Shown: positions 46,407 through 60,770 of the stretch, one piece after another | How positions within the stretch are numbered: the stretch's first letter is position 1 | Layout: every line of letters begins with the position of its first letter | From: Blasia pusilla | Lineage: Eukaryota | Assembly: GCA_050084515.1 (NCBI GenBank) | Contig: CM114271.1 | Span: 34,472,001 to 34,536,000 of the forward strand | Length of the DNA stretch: 64,000 bases | Direction of reading: 5' to 3' | Notes under the pieces: generated by a model | The model's database searches: none | The model's input: the letters and a program-made list of their open reading frames with translations, nothing else | What the model was told of the DNA's origin: nothing | Program-made: the position numbers and the translations under genes

Positions 46407-49400
46407 CATGGTGAAATATACTAAATACTCGGGTACATTAGATTGTGATAGGATCCATAACCCCTCGCCTGGTCCATTTTTAAGTGAACACCTAATTTGG
46501 TATGGTCACCGTAAAGAGGCATGGATCCCAGTAGAAAGGGTTGACGACTTTATCCATGGTGAAGAACATAGGGCACATTTCCATACTACCTTCAAAAAAA
46601 GTAAGATTGATAACCCTGGTCACAACTGTGTCACCATTCGATATTGGTGCGCATATGGGCCGCATAATTACAGGAAGTTGGCTTGGACCTCCTTGCCCAA
46701 GGATGTCTTTGACCCTAACACTCGTCCCAAAGGTGGAAAGGGTAGTAGACCGGAAAGCCAGAGCAAATGCCTTGGGCAAGGAATTTCAAGGCCGTGGATG
46801 TCAATTCCACGTTGTGGTAATAATGCCAATAGATCGTCCCGGTTTTTGTATGTGAAGGCACTTGCACACTAAGCATGTAGACAAGGAGGGTCATGTATGC
46901 CATGGTGACTTAGACAAGACGGCGGACATTGCAAATGCAAATTTTGCCCCAAAACTGAGTTCACATTGTAGAGGCTTTGTAGAGCAATTGTTACGAGTAA
47001 ATGTAAGCCCCTTCAATATCATGAAAGAGCATAGGAGGTGGATACGTGTCCACATCCGCGAGAATCCCACTCACAAACATGCGTGGGGCAAGGATGCCAT
47101 GCTAAAGGCCCAAGATATTTTGAATATAAAGTATTCAATGCGAAGACGAGAAGGTGGATATGATGGAACGGATGATGCAACAGCAATTTAACATTGGGTA
47201 CGAGCATATCCAAAGAATGTCATATACTACAAGGAGGCAATCTCCAAGTTGGACCAACCATTTTGCCTTGTGCTTTCAACACCTTGGATGCTCCAGTATC
47301 TCATAGAGCTAGAGAATGGCGGAGCCATATCCATGGATGTCACGCATGGCACCAACACTTATGAGGTCTATTTTAGTACCAGCACCGCCTTCATACTTGC
47401 TGAAATCTGTGTTCATTACACTATGAGCATTCTACTTACTGTGTGTTAACATATTTGGTTATCAAGTGATTAGCACAACTGCAAGTATTGGTTTGGGATA
47501 TGTATCCCTTATCCTTTATTAGAACTACAAGAAGTATCCATTCCTCTCATTGGGAACTTGCGTCTAAGTTTAAGGTTGAATTCAGCATGATCATATTCTG
47601 AACACCAGGTTTTTAATGTTCACAGTATCAATTATTCACTCTTTTGGGATTTGATAAGTTCCAGAACGGCCTGCCATTAGTATGGGAAATCCAACAGCAT
47701 CATCAACATCAAGATCTGGTGGAGACCTTGTCCCAAATCAAGGATTGGGCCAATAGTAATATACAAGTTGATTGTGGCAAGGATCAAGTGCAACTCAATG
47801 GAAGCCCTCTTGCTTCATTGTAGATGATTCGAAAGAGGAGCAATCTACCATCAAAGAAGTATTTCATGGTGTGCCTATAGACCTGTGCCTATGGCATGTT
47901 TGAAAGAATTGGTTGAAGAATTTGCATCAACGAGTGCGTTGCCCAATTACAAAGGCTGACATGAACAGAGACTTAGGTGGTGTTATGTACTCACGTGAAG
48001 AAGGTATGTCATGACAAAGAATGTTTCTATACATTAACATGTTCGTCTTGAGTGTTTATTTACTCTCGGTTTGATTGAGTAATTAAATTTTTTTCCTCTT
48101 GCAGATCCTATTGATGCTTCTTTAAGATTCATGCGCAAGTGGGTCCGATCAGATTGACACTTTCTCAAGTACTACGCAAACTATTGGCATCCCAAAATGT
48201 CACATGGGCAAAGGGATACCGTAGGCATGCGAGGTCCAACCAAGATACCAATGCTGCTATAGAAAGGTGGCACCACACTTTGAAGATGCTCCTGGCGTCT
48301 AGCATGCCCAGGAAGCCAACCATAAAACTTATTTGGCTTGTGCAAATGCTCACCAGTGAGGTAGAAGATTTTTTCTGGTATATGGGCTTCTTGAAACAAG
48401 AAGGCATGGTTAGAAACAAGGCCATACAAAAAGTAATGCTAATTGCAATTAGAAGGGCGAGTGAGATACTTGATGATCATGTCACCTTTGATCTGGTCAA
48501 TGGGAGGAAATCTGCTCGGGTGAAGAGTTTATCGAACCCTGATCTTTGGCATGATGTGGTGGAGTATGACACCAAGGATGCAGCTTGTACATGTGCACAT
48601 GCCAATGAAAGATTCACTTGTAAGCAACAGGTTTGTCTGCTTGCAACTCCAAAAAACCCATGACATACTCTTTACTATGGTTAAGTGAATGGTACAACAT
48701 ATACATCTGCAGCAAAGTTGCCCAATTAACACTATTTTTCTGAACACAGGTTAAATGTCTTCTTATGTGTGGTCACAAGTGAAGTTAAGGTATTGTCATA
48801 CTTGGGAACACGCTTTGGAAGCAAAGCTAGCGGACTACACAACTTGATGCAAGAGCATGAAGAGCACGAGAATATTACTCAAGGTCAGCATCCAGATAAT
48901 GAAGAAGACTTCACTTTTCCTGATCTTGTTGAATCCACTCCACTGTCCATGTCACATGAAATCACCACCAAAGATGTTCAAGATATGATGGAGGAGTGCA
49001 TACACGCTGACCATGGTGTTCCATTCTCAGATATGCTCCTCCGACACTTGTTTCAATTCCTGTAGAGAGACTTGGGTTCAGTTTTAAACTTGAAGGCCAA
49101 GGTAGAGACCAACAGTCCTTTGCCAGGTAATGGTGGTGAAATTGTTGCACATTATCCAGAGCCATTTTTCCGATATAATGGTATTGATTTCCGCCTCCGG
49201 AGACGCATGGATTGGTACGAGCCCATGCATGATAAATGTAGGAATGCTGAGCAAGGCAAAAATCAGCCATCTGGTGAAGACCACCAGGTTGAGTCTTCCC
49301 AAAGAGTGAAGAAGGCCAAGTTTTGAATATAGAGGCAAAAATTGAAACAGAGGCATGTTCTCATTTAGACTTGGATGCTTTGGTGAGCCAAGTTCAAGAT

Positions 49401-49510
49401 GATGGAATCCATCACTCCTTCAGTGATTCTGAGTGGCCTTTGGTAAATGACACTCCCCATAGTTCTTATAGGAGTGCCAAAATGACAAAAAAGGACCAGA
49501 GTAGATGATA
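46407..49510 (+). pseudogene. Spliced MULE-type DDE transposase with SWIM zinc finger, disrupted
   Basis: YWCAYGP, HVDKEGHVCHG, first D in ISMDVTHGTN, second D in CFIVDD, CLWH motif, E in DTNAAIERWH, SWIM CTCAHANERFTCKQ. Approximate introns 47365-47624, 48004-48103, 48630-48749. Confidence 0.85.
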
Positions 49511-50689
49511 TGTTAGATAGTCTCATGGAGCCAACTTGCAGTATCGAATCGGAATTGGCTATGACAAGTTTACACATATGTAATGATGTGGATGTCATAA
49601 TCTTGGACTCTCAGAACGATACTCATCCAAGTGGCAAAATATTTATATGAAAACACTATACATGTTCTCGCGTCTAACTTACGCAATTGATGTTGAACAT
49701 TACCATAACTCTCTGGAAAGTAATATTCTGGAACATATGGAATGTTGTGTTCAATTTTTTTTCTCACTCGAACAGTGCAAAGTTGGTCTTCGCACAAAAA
49801 ATAATGCATTCAGTCCTCGTGAGGAAGTTGGCTAGAGGGTTGATTTGGTGTCGCCTCGGGAAACGTGTTTCAGTTGTTACCATGTATGTATGTTAATCCG
49901 TAGTTTTAGTTTAACCTATTCAGAAGCGTTCCGCAAGACATAACCGCATCGATCGTCCCGCCAAAATCTGCGGCATCATCCGCACTCTACATCTTTCCTC
50001 TATATTAGTCGTGGCTAAGCGAGATAGTAGCAACTAAAAAAAGTGCTTCGGATGGCATCCATACCCTACCCGTGAGGTCTTATCCTCTTTGTAAAGTTTT
50101 AGCGGCCTAAACTCATGACCTCTAAGTTAGCTGTAGCTAGAGTTGTCCCTAATCGCCACTTACGAAGAGACGCTTACGATCAATCCGCTCCCCCTGTCCA
50201 TAGAATGGAATTAGCTTCTGGAATCTTGTCGGTGGGTTGGTTGGGGTTTAGGATACTTTAGGTTTTGCACTTGTAGTAGAATGGAAACCGATTGGCCTTC
50301 AACACACTGAATCCAATGTTCAAATTATGGATACCTCGCGCCAAGTGTATTATACCGGCCGAAAATGCTTGATCGGTGTTGAAGTTAATTTTTGGGTATA
50401 TTCATTCTTCTCATTGCCGATATTGTTCTTTCAGCCCAGCTATTGGAAACACCAAAGATGAGTGGACTACATGCTTCATTCATTCTTGGAAGACATAAAC
50501 TCCTCTATGGAAAGAAATGGAGACAAAAAGAAAGCCTTAATTTTAATCTTGGATGAAATCTCACAAAAATGCTTTCATTATAGGCAAGATCAAAGTACAT
50601 GTCACATTTTTGCCTATTTTTTGCCTCAGAACTGCACTCATACAAGAAAATGTACATCATGCACTATAGCCGAATGTGCCAGTTGCTCA

Positions 50690-53600
50690 TCACTGACAGT
50701 AGCGCCTCCTAGCCTGCACCTGAAAATAGACAAGTCATACACAATCAACATATATGGGAGATGCAAAGGGGGAATGCAAACTAACTATATGTAGACAAGT
50801 TCTATCCATTCACCTGTTGAGAAGTTGTAGGAATGTATTGCATTCGGTATAGCAGGCTAGATTGAGACAAAGGCAATAAAGAGAAGGTACCCAATTCGAA
50901 ACCCTACAATGATGGTGTCGAAAATATAGGCAATGGAGTGGAATTTGGGTCTCCACATTCCATACCAGGCTCTTGGTCCTCACTTGGGCCACACACTACA
51001 ATCTAGAGAACTCCATCTCCGTGCACACATTTCACTATCTCCTCGATCAAGATTGAAATGTAAAGTGCTAAAAGCAAAATTCACTTCCTCCATGAAACTA
51101 AGGCAAAGTACTTAAAGTCGGGGAAAGTAAACCTGGTCCAACACATCAGCGCCACTATCCAAGTTGATTGGAGCATGCAAGTGATGTCCATCCCCTCTAG
51201 CCACCTGAAAACAAACATGCAGCGTTTCAATGACCGGGTCATACACACAATCAAAAAAGATTATCAAGTTGAAGGATTATCATGTTGTAGTATACCTATG
51301 AGTGGAACTCTATCTCAGATTTCTTCTTCATTTCGGCCAAGTACATCCTTCTCCTGATTTTCATGGCTTCTTTAGTTTTTCCATGTTTAGGTGTAAGCAC
51401 ATGCTCGCCCTCGTCCACGACTTGGTCAGGACTAGAGGAGATACGGGACGAACACCGAGATGGACGTAGACCTGAAACCGGGTTCACGCGAGGAAATTTC
51501 CTCATTTTCCTTGTCACCTGAGAAGATGTCTCCACATTAGGCCTCTTTGAAGGCCGCTCACGTCGCTTCTTTCTCGTAGAGTTATTTCCTAATTCCATGT
51601 CCTCAGAGCCCCCTGTGTCCATTCTTGGGGTGAAGGAGCTTGGCTCCATGGTGGCTGCTCCAACAGGCAAAGGACTCGGAGCACCATCCTCTGCTGACTC
51701 CAAGTCACTAGAGTCTAAAATCTCAATATCCACACCTCCCTGCACACATTTAAATCTGAAGTCCAGAAAAAAATCACAGCACAAGTGGACTATGTACCAC
51801 ATAATTCAGTAGCACTACATGGAGACATAGGGGCCTGCAACTCTCTTTGCATGCTCTTTGGCTTTGCTCAACAAAGCCGCCTTCTTTTGCCTCTTGTGGT
51901 TGGCCCAGCGTTGCAAGACTATGCCTCTCAATCTGATGTTGGCATCAGATGGTTGAGCAAAGGTACTTGCACATTAATGGAAGAAATGAGCATGACTGCC
52001 AATGAAGAAATGCATAGCCTAAACAAAACCAGCAAGCTCTTAATGTTCCATGGATGAATTTCAGATTGGGGATATTCTTTCTTCTTTGCTGTGGCCCGAG
52101 GTGTTCCAGGCACAGGCCTCAACCAGTGCGTAGCAATGTGGGAGTTAAAGTTTCCGGCAATCGGAAAAATTCAATGCATGTGGAGCACAAGCAAACATAT
52201 TGCTTGTGCTCATGGGAGTAGCCATAGTAGACCCACTCTACAGGGTCCCGCCACAAAGAGGTTTGGTTAGCTTGCTTCTCAGAAGCAAATGGGCTCTTGC
52301 CCATGAATGCAGCAAACATATTTTTTAATTTCAAAATGACACTGTTGATTCTCCCCGTCTCCCTTGCACAATGGAGCCTATGTAAGAACATTACCAACCA
52401 TACGAGTAAGCAAAGAATGATTACCTGGGCATTCAAAGACAGGTAGCACCTGTCCATCATGCAAAGAAAAGGTGCAATGTTTTAGAAGAGGATGAGAGCA
52501 TCCGAATAGTAGTAATATTCGACTATTGTGCATAAATAGTGCCGAGCACATAAATGGAAGAGCCGGACGCTTGTAAAATTTTTGACTTTGTATAAATATA
52601 TTCCATCGAACTGACGTCTGCCACCAGCTTAACCCATTACCTCTGCAAAAGTAGACATGCGGTTGTCTACACCTGGCTCAACATCTAAAATTTACATACA
52701 ACTGAGCCCTATGACTCATAGGGCCTAGTTTACACATACATTGGGAATAATATTCAAGCTACAGACAAGTGTATATAAGCATTAGGTGGTATCCGGGATT
52801 GAGCACGGAAATCTATGATCTCTACTATTTTAGGGTGTTCTAGTAGGTTTTCATGATGTTGAAGACTGTCCACTACCTGCACATACAAGAGCATAGACTG
52901 CGTCATTAATTACTAGCAAACACTAGGCCAGATCACAACATGCATATGAAGTAAAAAGAAAAAGTAGGATGTATGCAACGAGCTTACCACGAGCTAAATT
53001 GAGAATGGCGAAGGAGCTGATAACTCTAATGTACAAGAAGTATAAGAATTGATCTTTTTATAGTAATTAAATGAGTTTGATCCCCAAGAGGATCACGATT
53101 ATGTGAAAAGAGAGTTCAAGATGGCATTTATCTTGCAATATTTGTAGTTAAGTGTGTACAATTCGGATTCAATCACTTATCAGGGTATTCTTCTCTCTAT
53201 TAGTACCAAGATTTCTTTCTTCGATTCTCTCAAGTGGAATTGCATTACCGCTCAAGTGGATCTTCACTCAACATCAAAGAACCTCACAGAGACCTCAACA
53301 AGAAGTTGGCTTCTTCTACTTTCGGAACTCAATCCGTCTGGGCAGGCTACTCTCTGTCAAACAGATTTCTTACAACTTCTTGTTGATTATTTTAATGATG
53401 AAAGTGTTCTCCTCATTCACTCTTCACTTTGCAGACCCAATAAGAATTCACAGACATATGCATCGTTCATCAAAATGAAGAAATGAGTTCTTTACTACTC
53501 CATCAAGAATGAGAAAGCTTCAAAGTGTATACAAGCTTGAGAGGATACTACTCCCTTGCTCGGACCATTCCTACAGCATAAGGACTTCGTGAAAGAATGA

Positions 53601-55500
53601 TGAGGATAGCTACTTTCATGTTTCTTAAATATCTTCCGAGGCAGTAGTAGGTCCAAAGATCTAAAGCATCTCTTAGGAATCTAGTGTCTATTGAGAGTTT
53701 GTAACTACCTTGATCTACGGTTCTCTTATCTTTTCCTATGATCGCTATGAATTCGTTGGGCGTAACTGTCCTAACTTCCTATCTGGTCCAAAAAGTTGCG
53801 CCTCTTCCTAGTCTAACTCTTCTAACGGTGTGCCGCTTGAAATCACGTCGAGTTTTAGCTTCGCTTTGCTACGAAGTCTGAATTTCTTCTTCTTCCCTTG
53901 AGGACGAAGCTCTTCCTCTTGGTCTGAAGACGAAGCGCTGCATTCTTCGCTCTTGTTCCAAATGCTTCGCTCTTCGTGCTTCGTTCAAGAGCGAAGTACT
54001 TCTTCCTCTTCTTCTTCATTGTGCTTCTTTCAAGAGCGAAGCACTTCATAAACAAGTTCTTAATAAGGCTTTGTTGTCTTTTACAAGCTTCGCTTTGAGT
54101 CTTTAGACTTCGTCATCGCATTTCCCTCTCCTCTAAGGCAAATCCTTGATTTTCCACCTCTCTGCCTTGTCTTAGGAGCTTCGTGATACATTTCAATATT
54201 ACTCATTCTTCCAATACACAAACATAATATCTAAAATAGTCTTGTATATACAACCTTTACTTTATAGAGTCTTCATTCCTTGAATCAAAAGGTATAAATC
54301 TCAAAATTACAAAATTGTGGGTATCACAATAACTTCAGTCAGATCCAAAGGCTGGTCTTTCTCCACAGGTAGGTTATCATCTACAGCAGTCTGGTCGATA
54401 AGGTAGATTCTCTTAGGAGTGACCCCGATCATTCAAGGGTTTGAGTATTTTTTGTCTATATTATCAATTGTGCTTAATCTTCTCTTTAGTTGAATTGTGC
54501 ATACAACTTTTGATACCATGTTGCATTGTGATGCCTTCATAAGATTCTTGATGTCTGGAATCCTCTAGGCTTCATCTTCCCTCCCTCATTACCAACTACC
54601 AGAAACTCTATTTTTCCTTGCTTCTAGAAATAGGAATCAAACCAAACTTGATTCCCCACCTTGCATGCTTTTGGTGAGAAGGCCACGTTGTATCCGACAT
54701 TCCTAGCTGCAAGTTCTAAGCAATGGTAGGTATCTATAGGAAGCCCCACGATTATCCAATCATCCAAATAAATTTTGGGATGACTCGTGGGAGTGCTTGC
54801 ATATAATGTCAGCCAAAATTTCTTTTGGCACAGGAGTCCGTGTGAATCATGGGGCTCACCCATGTTTCGACAGACCCTTGAAACGTTCTCAGGTTTCCCT
54901 ATAGTTATATTCAGACACTGAAGCCCACCCGCATCTAGGAATTTGGCTTGGACATGCTGAGGCGGAATGCCACAGCTGGACATCTTATGGTATCACAGAC
55001 GAAGATCCAAAAAGCACACTAAAGCCTAAACCCTGAGAAGTAACAACCCTCGGAACCCTTACTACCTAAGTATAGCGGCAAATAAACATAACAGTGGGGA
55101 CCTATTTGGACCATAGTAAGTTCAGTAACTTATTGGAAAGCAACAAGAAACTCGCAACGCTAGCCTGCAAAAATTTGTGATGGGAAGCACATTAAACCCT
55201 CGACCACAAATTGCAAGCATTCCCCACCCATGCCAAAACACCAAAGCTTGCTCAGAAGACAAACAACAGCAAAGACCTCTCGGGAGAGTGTATCATGCTT
55301 GAAAAGGAACCATGCATGGGGGAGGAATCTGTGCATGAACTTACCACTTGTCAAGGATTGTCATTAGAGCCGAATTGTCGCTTGATGCGGCCAGTGCACC
55401 GATTTGGAATAACGTCGACCCGCTCCGGGTTGCTTTCATTGTCACTCACTGCACCGAACAACCACTCTCTACAAACACAGTGGCCATGGATAAAAGTGCT
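50690..55500 (-). pseudogene. Convergent multi-exon cargo gene of the MULE; unknown protein with a C2H2 zinc finger and basic low-complexity region
   Basis: Splice-bounded coding-like segments at about 54983-54660, 52376-52030, 51745-51296, 51203-51133, 51080-50814. C2H2 pattern at 52199-52123 after one frameshift. Exon limits are tentative. Confidence 0.55.
53018..54326 (-). mobile_element. Possible solo-LTR-like insertion in an intron of the cargo gene
   Basis: Bounded by TGATA...TATCA, with internal cgaagc-type repeats. No matching TSD found. Confidence 0.35.
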
Positions 55501-58500
55501 CCGTTCCTATAATTCCATTCACGAGTGACCTCCTTCACCTCACCAGAGCACGCACCAGAGAGAAGGAAATAAAGAAACAAAAAAATGACCACGACGGGGA
55601 GCACCGCAAGGAATAATCAAGGCTATGGTTCAGAAATTACCTCCAGTGCAATACCAGACATACCTAGATCCAAGGCGGCAAGTAGCGAATTTTCTTTGAT
55701 GAAATTGTAAGTGACAAACAAGACCCTACACTCTCGAAGTCTCCCACAAAGAATAGGGGAACGACCTAGAGAATGACCGAGAGAAATTAGCTGAGCGGAG
55801 ATGAGACTCGGTCGTTTGTTAGCGCGCCAAGCCTGAAATCCGAGCCCCCCCATAACTTGGTTGATCAGAGGAGACCCCGCAGCCAGATCGAACACAGTGG
55901 AAATCGGAACATGGCCATCATTGAGCAATGAGCGCAACAACACGACGAACAAGAGTACGAAAATAAATAGGAGAAAAAGAGGAAACGTCCCAGATAATGA
56001 GCAACAGAAACAAGCGGACCTCTTAAGCTCGCTTCCCAAAAAGTTCCTGAACAGGGTTCAGGCCGCACGATAAGTCGTTCCCCCTTAACCTCGCTTCCCG
56101 AAAGCTGAAATCCGAAGCATAGGCCGAAATCCGCGAAGCCCAAAATTTATTGAAATCCCTAAACGTTGCTATCAAAGAATGAATTGGAGATCGAATTGAA
56201 TGGCATTCGCAGAAACGAGGGAACAAGAAGAGCGAAGGAACCGAGACAGCAAAGAGCGAAGGAATTGAGACCCTCTCGCATTTGTGCGCCAACCCTAACA
56301 CGAGCGCGTTGCGAAAGACCGAAGGCCCATCATCCGTCAATAATCTACCGTTTGGCGCCGTCCGTCATCCGTCTACCGTTAATCCGTCAACCGTCAATTG
56401 TCATCCATCCGTCGTCGTTGTCCGTCTGGCGTCAAACCGCCATCTGTCCACCGTCTGTCTGTCCTTGACAACCGCGTCCATCTTGAAACCGCCACCGGAT
56501 ATCCAAATACTGCCGAGCCTAAATCCCTGCCAAGGCGCCTGGCTTGAAGCCCCAATCTAAGGCCTAGGCTACGCGGTCTTAAACGCAAGACCCCGGAAAT
56601 CTAAGGCCTTCGGATTAAAAGGATACACAAAGTCCTAATCACAAGAGTGATGCTATCATTGTGTATTATGTGGTACAAAATCAATTTTGGGACGTCTTGA
56701 CTCTTGCGTAGACTTTACTTGTATATTCGTAGTTTACAATCGTGTGTATTTGTCATATGAATTGTAGCATTTTCATGACTTGAGGAAAGTGGTAAGGAAC
56801 ATATCACTTCTAAGGATTGGGATGTGGAGGGATGGTACCAAATGTTGTTTTGCAAGTCCCATTTTGGTTCGGACTACTACTTTGCAAGTGTATTACAAGT
56901 AGAAGTATGCTCTTACAAATTTCAAATATGTGAGTAATTTGCCAGTAATTTTTAGGTGGATATGGATTTGAGAGTAAATTTTTTGCATGTCTTTTGTGAG
57001 TGAAGGAAGCCATACAGGACTCACAAATAAATAAATAAAAATTCTAATAAATCACGACCCAAACTTGCAAATAAACAAATTTCTAGAAGTGTGGGAACTT
57101 CCAAAGTACTCACACATCTATAACTTTGACTTTGACTTGGACTTGCAACATTCTTTTGGTGTTTTAAAGGTGCGTGGCTTCTACTTTGGCTAAGTAATTT
57201 CAACACTCTTTCTTTTTGTCATAGGCGGTGCTTTGAAGGATAAGCAAATGCTTGTGATTCTTGATTGAAGGTGTAATGTACTTTACTATCTTGTGTTAGC
57301 GTAAAAAAATCATACAGTACTCTAATCTAAAAATGATGAAGTCAAAGGGCTTCACGGGATGGGCAGAAGTCTACCAAGAGGACGACTCATCAATTAGAGT
57401 TAGATAACATTTCCATATAGCACACTTAAGAGGAGGAGGATGTCGAGGCTCAGATAAACTTTGACGTGAATAAAGAGATTCGTATGGATCATGCATGATT
57501 AGAGGCCCTTTAGCATAGTTGTAGGGACTCTATGGATAGGGGATCGTGTTCTTCTACCGATCCCATGTGCACTTGAAAATGACATTCAAATAGTTGATTA
57601 GGTGCGGAAACTTCTTCTCGAGTCACATTATGCACTACATTTATTCGACTAAATCTAGAGTGTAGGTAGTTTTTGGATATTGAATGTGATCCACCTTTTT
57701 TTTTCAATTTTCTTTGATCGCATGTTATTTTGAGTATTGTCAAATCATTTTCTAAATGGTAATCATAAAATATGTTTGGGAGTATCTTTTAAGTTCAATG
57801 TGCTAAACCCTCGCATTTTCACATTGTATTACTATTTTGCAAGTATTGAAAGCTGAAAAGTATGTGGCACACAATAGCAAAATTGCAAGTGTGATACTCA
57901 CAAAATAACATTAAGGAATTAGAAGAGATATGATCAATAAAAAAATAGACATGAATGGATCTAAAAATTCAACAAATAGTTAAACTCAATTGATGATTCG
58001 TGATTTTATGCAATATATTAGAGATGCTTAAATTATTATGGAAAAATAATATTATCCATTGAATGTTCTTTTCATTTATTTAAGAAATTGAATCTTATTC
58101 TCAATTGTTCTTTTAATTTATGAAGATACCAATTTTCCATTCAACATGTACTTATTGTAATTATTAATAAGATTCAATGTCAAATCCTTGCACCAATTGA
58201 CATATATTCAATATGAATTCCAATCTCCTCTTATGACTTATGGTATGTGATCTTATTATAAATAAGTGATGAAATTTAATTTATAAGATTATTGTAGAGT
58301 GCCTTTTCCATTTTCAAACTACTCTCTTGCTCTTGTTGCGTGGTAGTTTTAACCAATCTCATCTCGACTTATGTTTTAATAATTTAGAGTCAATCACGAA
58401 GTCAAAAAAATTAGAGGGTTTGTACTGTAATCAGCTAGCTATGATTAAATTATCCATCATTAACCCATTCAAATACCAAAATCTATTCCAATTGAATTTA

Positions 58501-60770
58501 ATAAAAATCCTAACAAAAGTGGTGAATACATACAAAATATAATAAAAAAACTTGTCACAAAGTAATTGCCCACGAGACGGCCATTTCTCATATCTCTTCT
58601 CCTTTTGTAATCGGTTGGATTCCTTATGTTGTCTAAGAAATTGTTCATGCATGTCCAATGCCGCGATACCCAAAATTTGAAATACAAAAGTCTGGTCGTG
58701 CGCATGCAAAAGTAGTCTTTCATATATTCTTGATAGTTTAGCTCGCCCTAAATGAAATTCCCCTGGAAGACTTCGTGGGCAAAGTGTATATTCCAATCAA
58801 CAAAGCCGATATCGTAAGACGGATGGGTGCACTTTGTGAGGATTCTACTATATTCGTCCAGTAAGGATCAAGATTGCGCAGGCATACTCGTTCGATGGAT
58901 TCTGCCGTCCTTCACAGGTAAGGAACGCAGGAATGCATATCCATAAGAGATAAGCATTCCCAAATGAGGCGGACTAGAAAAGGAGAGATAAAGATAAGCT
59001 TTACCTGAACGGAGAATCCACAGCGACCAATCGTATGATGGCGATGACGCTTCCGAAAGGTGCCTGCAGTCTCTGACATAATGCATGCACACACAAGCAA
59101 GAATTGACGAATGCAACGGGATGTCACACGAGCTTCAACTCGGCTGTACGTCCGTCCAATCCATATATGGACATCAGCTGGATCGCAGGATGTTCGAACA
59201 GACAAAAGGCCGCAGCAGTAGTCCGCTTTTGCTGCGTGTATGCCTGTTTCCTCGAATGTCGAGCCATCGGTAAAGTGCTTCTGCTGCTCTGCTCCGTTAG
59301 TCTGCATCTCCATGTAGACGTACAGATGATGAAGAGAAAGAAAGAACGGATTTTATTGCAAATCTCTCGAAACGTGTAGAAGTTTGGAAAATGTTGACTG
59401 GCGATTGCAGACAGTCGGAGACTACAACTCGAGCCTGCGAGTCCAAACTTCGCGCTAGTTCCAGGTCTGTTGTTCCCGATACCGGCAGTTGGCAGTTTCA
59501 GCACGGGATTTGGTGCGATGTCCAACGGCCACGATGTTAACCGGCGGCATTTCCTTAACTCGGCCTCAAGTTTTTTATCCTAAACCTTGCCTTCAGCACA
59601 CGGTCTGCGAAGAGTGTGTGAAAACCGAGCTTATCACCCGGATGTTCTCAAGCCTGCAGTCTACCTGCCTGCACACGACACACAAAGCCGTGCTCATGCC
59701 GTTCTCTCTCTCTCTCTCGTTCATTCATCGGAGACCAGGCGTTCACAGGTCTAGATCTTGGAATGATTCGTTCACATATCTTCGTTTTCACCGAGAGAGA
59801 GAGAGAGAGAGAGAGAAAAGAAAAAGCAGTGCGTGATTTACGTAATGGTCGAGCCTGCCCGCACTCTGGACACTCACAGGTGTAGATCTGCAAATTGTTA
59901 CTCACTTTCGTTTCCACCGACGTAGCAGTGCGTGACTTACACATCGAGATCGTAGTGCACAAGTTCTCCGAAGGCCAAAACGGCACTGCAGCTTTGGGAA
60001 CGTCTCGTACGTTACTGGTCGGTCGTGAAGATTCAAATCTCGCATGGAGAGACGGCCTATGGGACACTTTGTCTACCGACGGCCTAATACGGGTGCAGAA
60101 GTATGCTCCCGGCCAGGTGTCTGGCCCTGACAAATAAAGTGAAGGAAAAGTATTAATTATTTTCTGCTTAATTTTTTTTATAAAAATAGAGATTTCTAGA
60201 GAAATAATTAGAGAAGGTTTTCAAATAGGAGAAAAAAAAGCCACTAGTTTGTGAGGCGGATGGACTTCATGGCGGGATACTTCCAACCACGGAAAACAAA
60301 TTCTATGGATATTTTTCACAAGTCTAATAAATGGGTGATTATAATGTCAAGTCATCTTATGCTTTTTGAATTTCTAAATTTAACAAAAAAAGTAGTAATG
60401 GGTAATTTTTTGGTTGAATATTAATGAAAATGAAAATTTTAATTTGGCTTCATAAAATAAATCATATCTCTTCCCTTATTATTTTGAGAAAAAATAAATG
60501 ATCCAAATCTCCATCTCTTGATTAAGAAAAGAAAAACATTCTCATCATTTAAAACATATAATTCTCGTCAGATCATAAGATGCACTTCATTCTTGAAAAA
60601 CCTCAAAAAGAGGACAAAAAAAGGTAATAACATTTCAAAAGAGGAGTAAAAAATACATAATGGAATGCAAAGAGAAAATGGCAACTAGCCAACACTAACA
60701 CCAACTCAACAAGCTACACAATTGATAGCTTGAAACAGATCTGAAAAGAACACTAGTTATTGGTTAGACC

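Larger units (their letters stand above)
45107..56612 (+). mobile_element. 11.5-kb Mutator-like (MULE/SWIM) DNA transposon with TIRs and 8-bp TSD GATTAAAA
   Basis: TIRs of about 100 bp: cgaagaccttacattgccgcggtcttgggtttaagaccgcgtagcctaggccttaga versus its reverse complement at 56556-56612. TSD at 45099-45106 and 56613-56620. ccgtc-rich subterminal repeats at both ends. Confidence 0.92.

Noticed and set aside
53152-53486. Two overlapping ~110-aa plus-strand ORFs
   Set aside because: They lie within LTR-like sequence and show no protein motifs.
59728-59750. tcggagaccaggcgttca resembles miR166
   Set aside because: Needs internal insertions, the 3' end differs, and there is no proper miRNA* arm.
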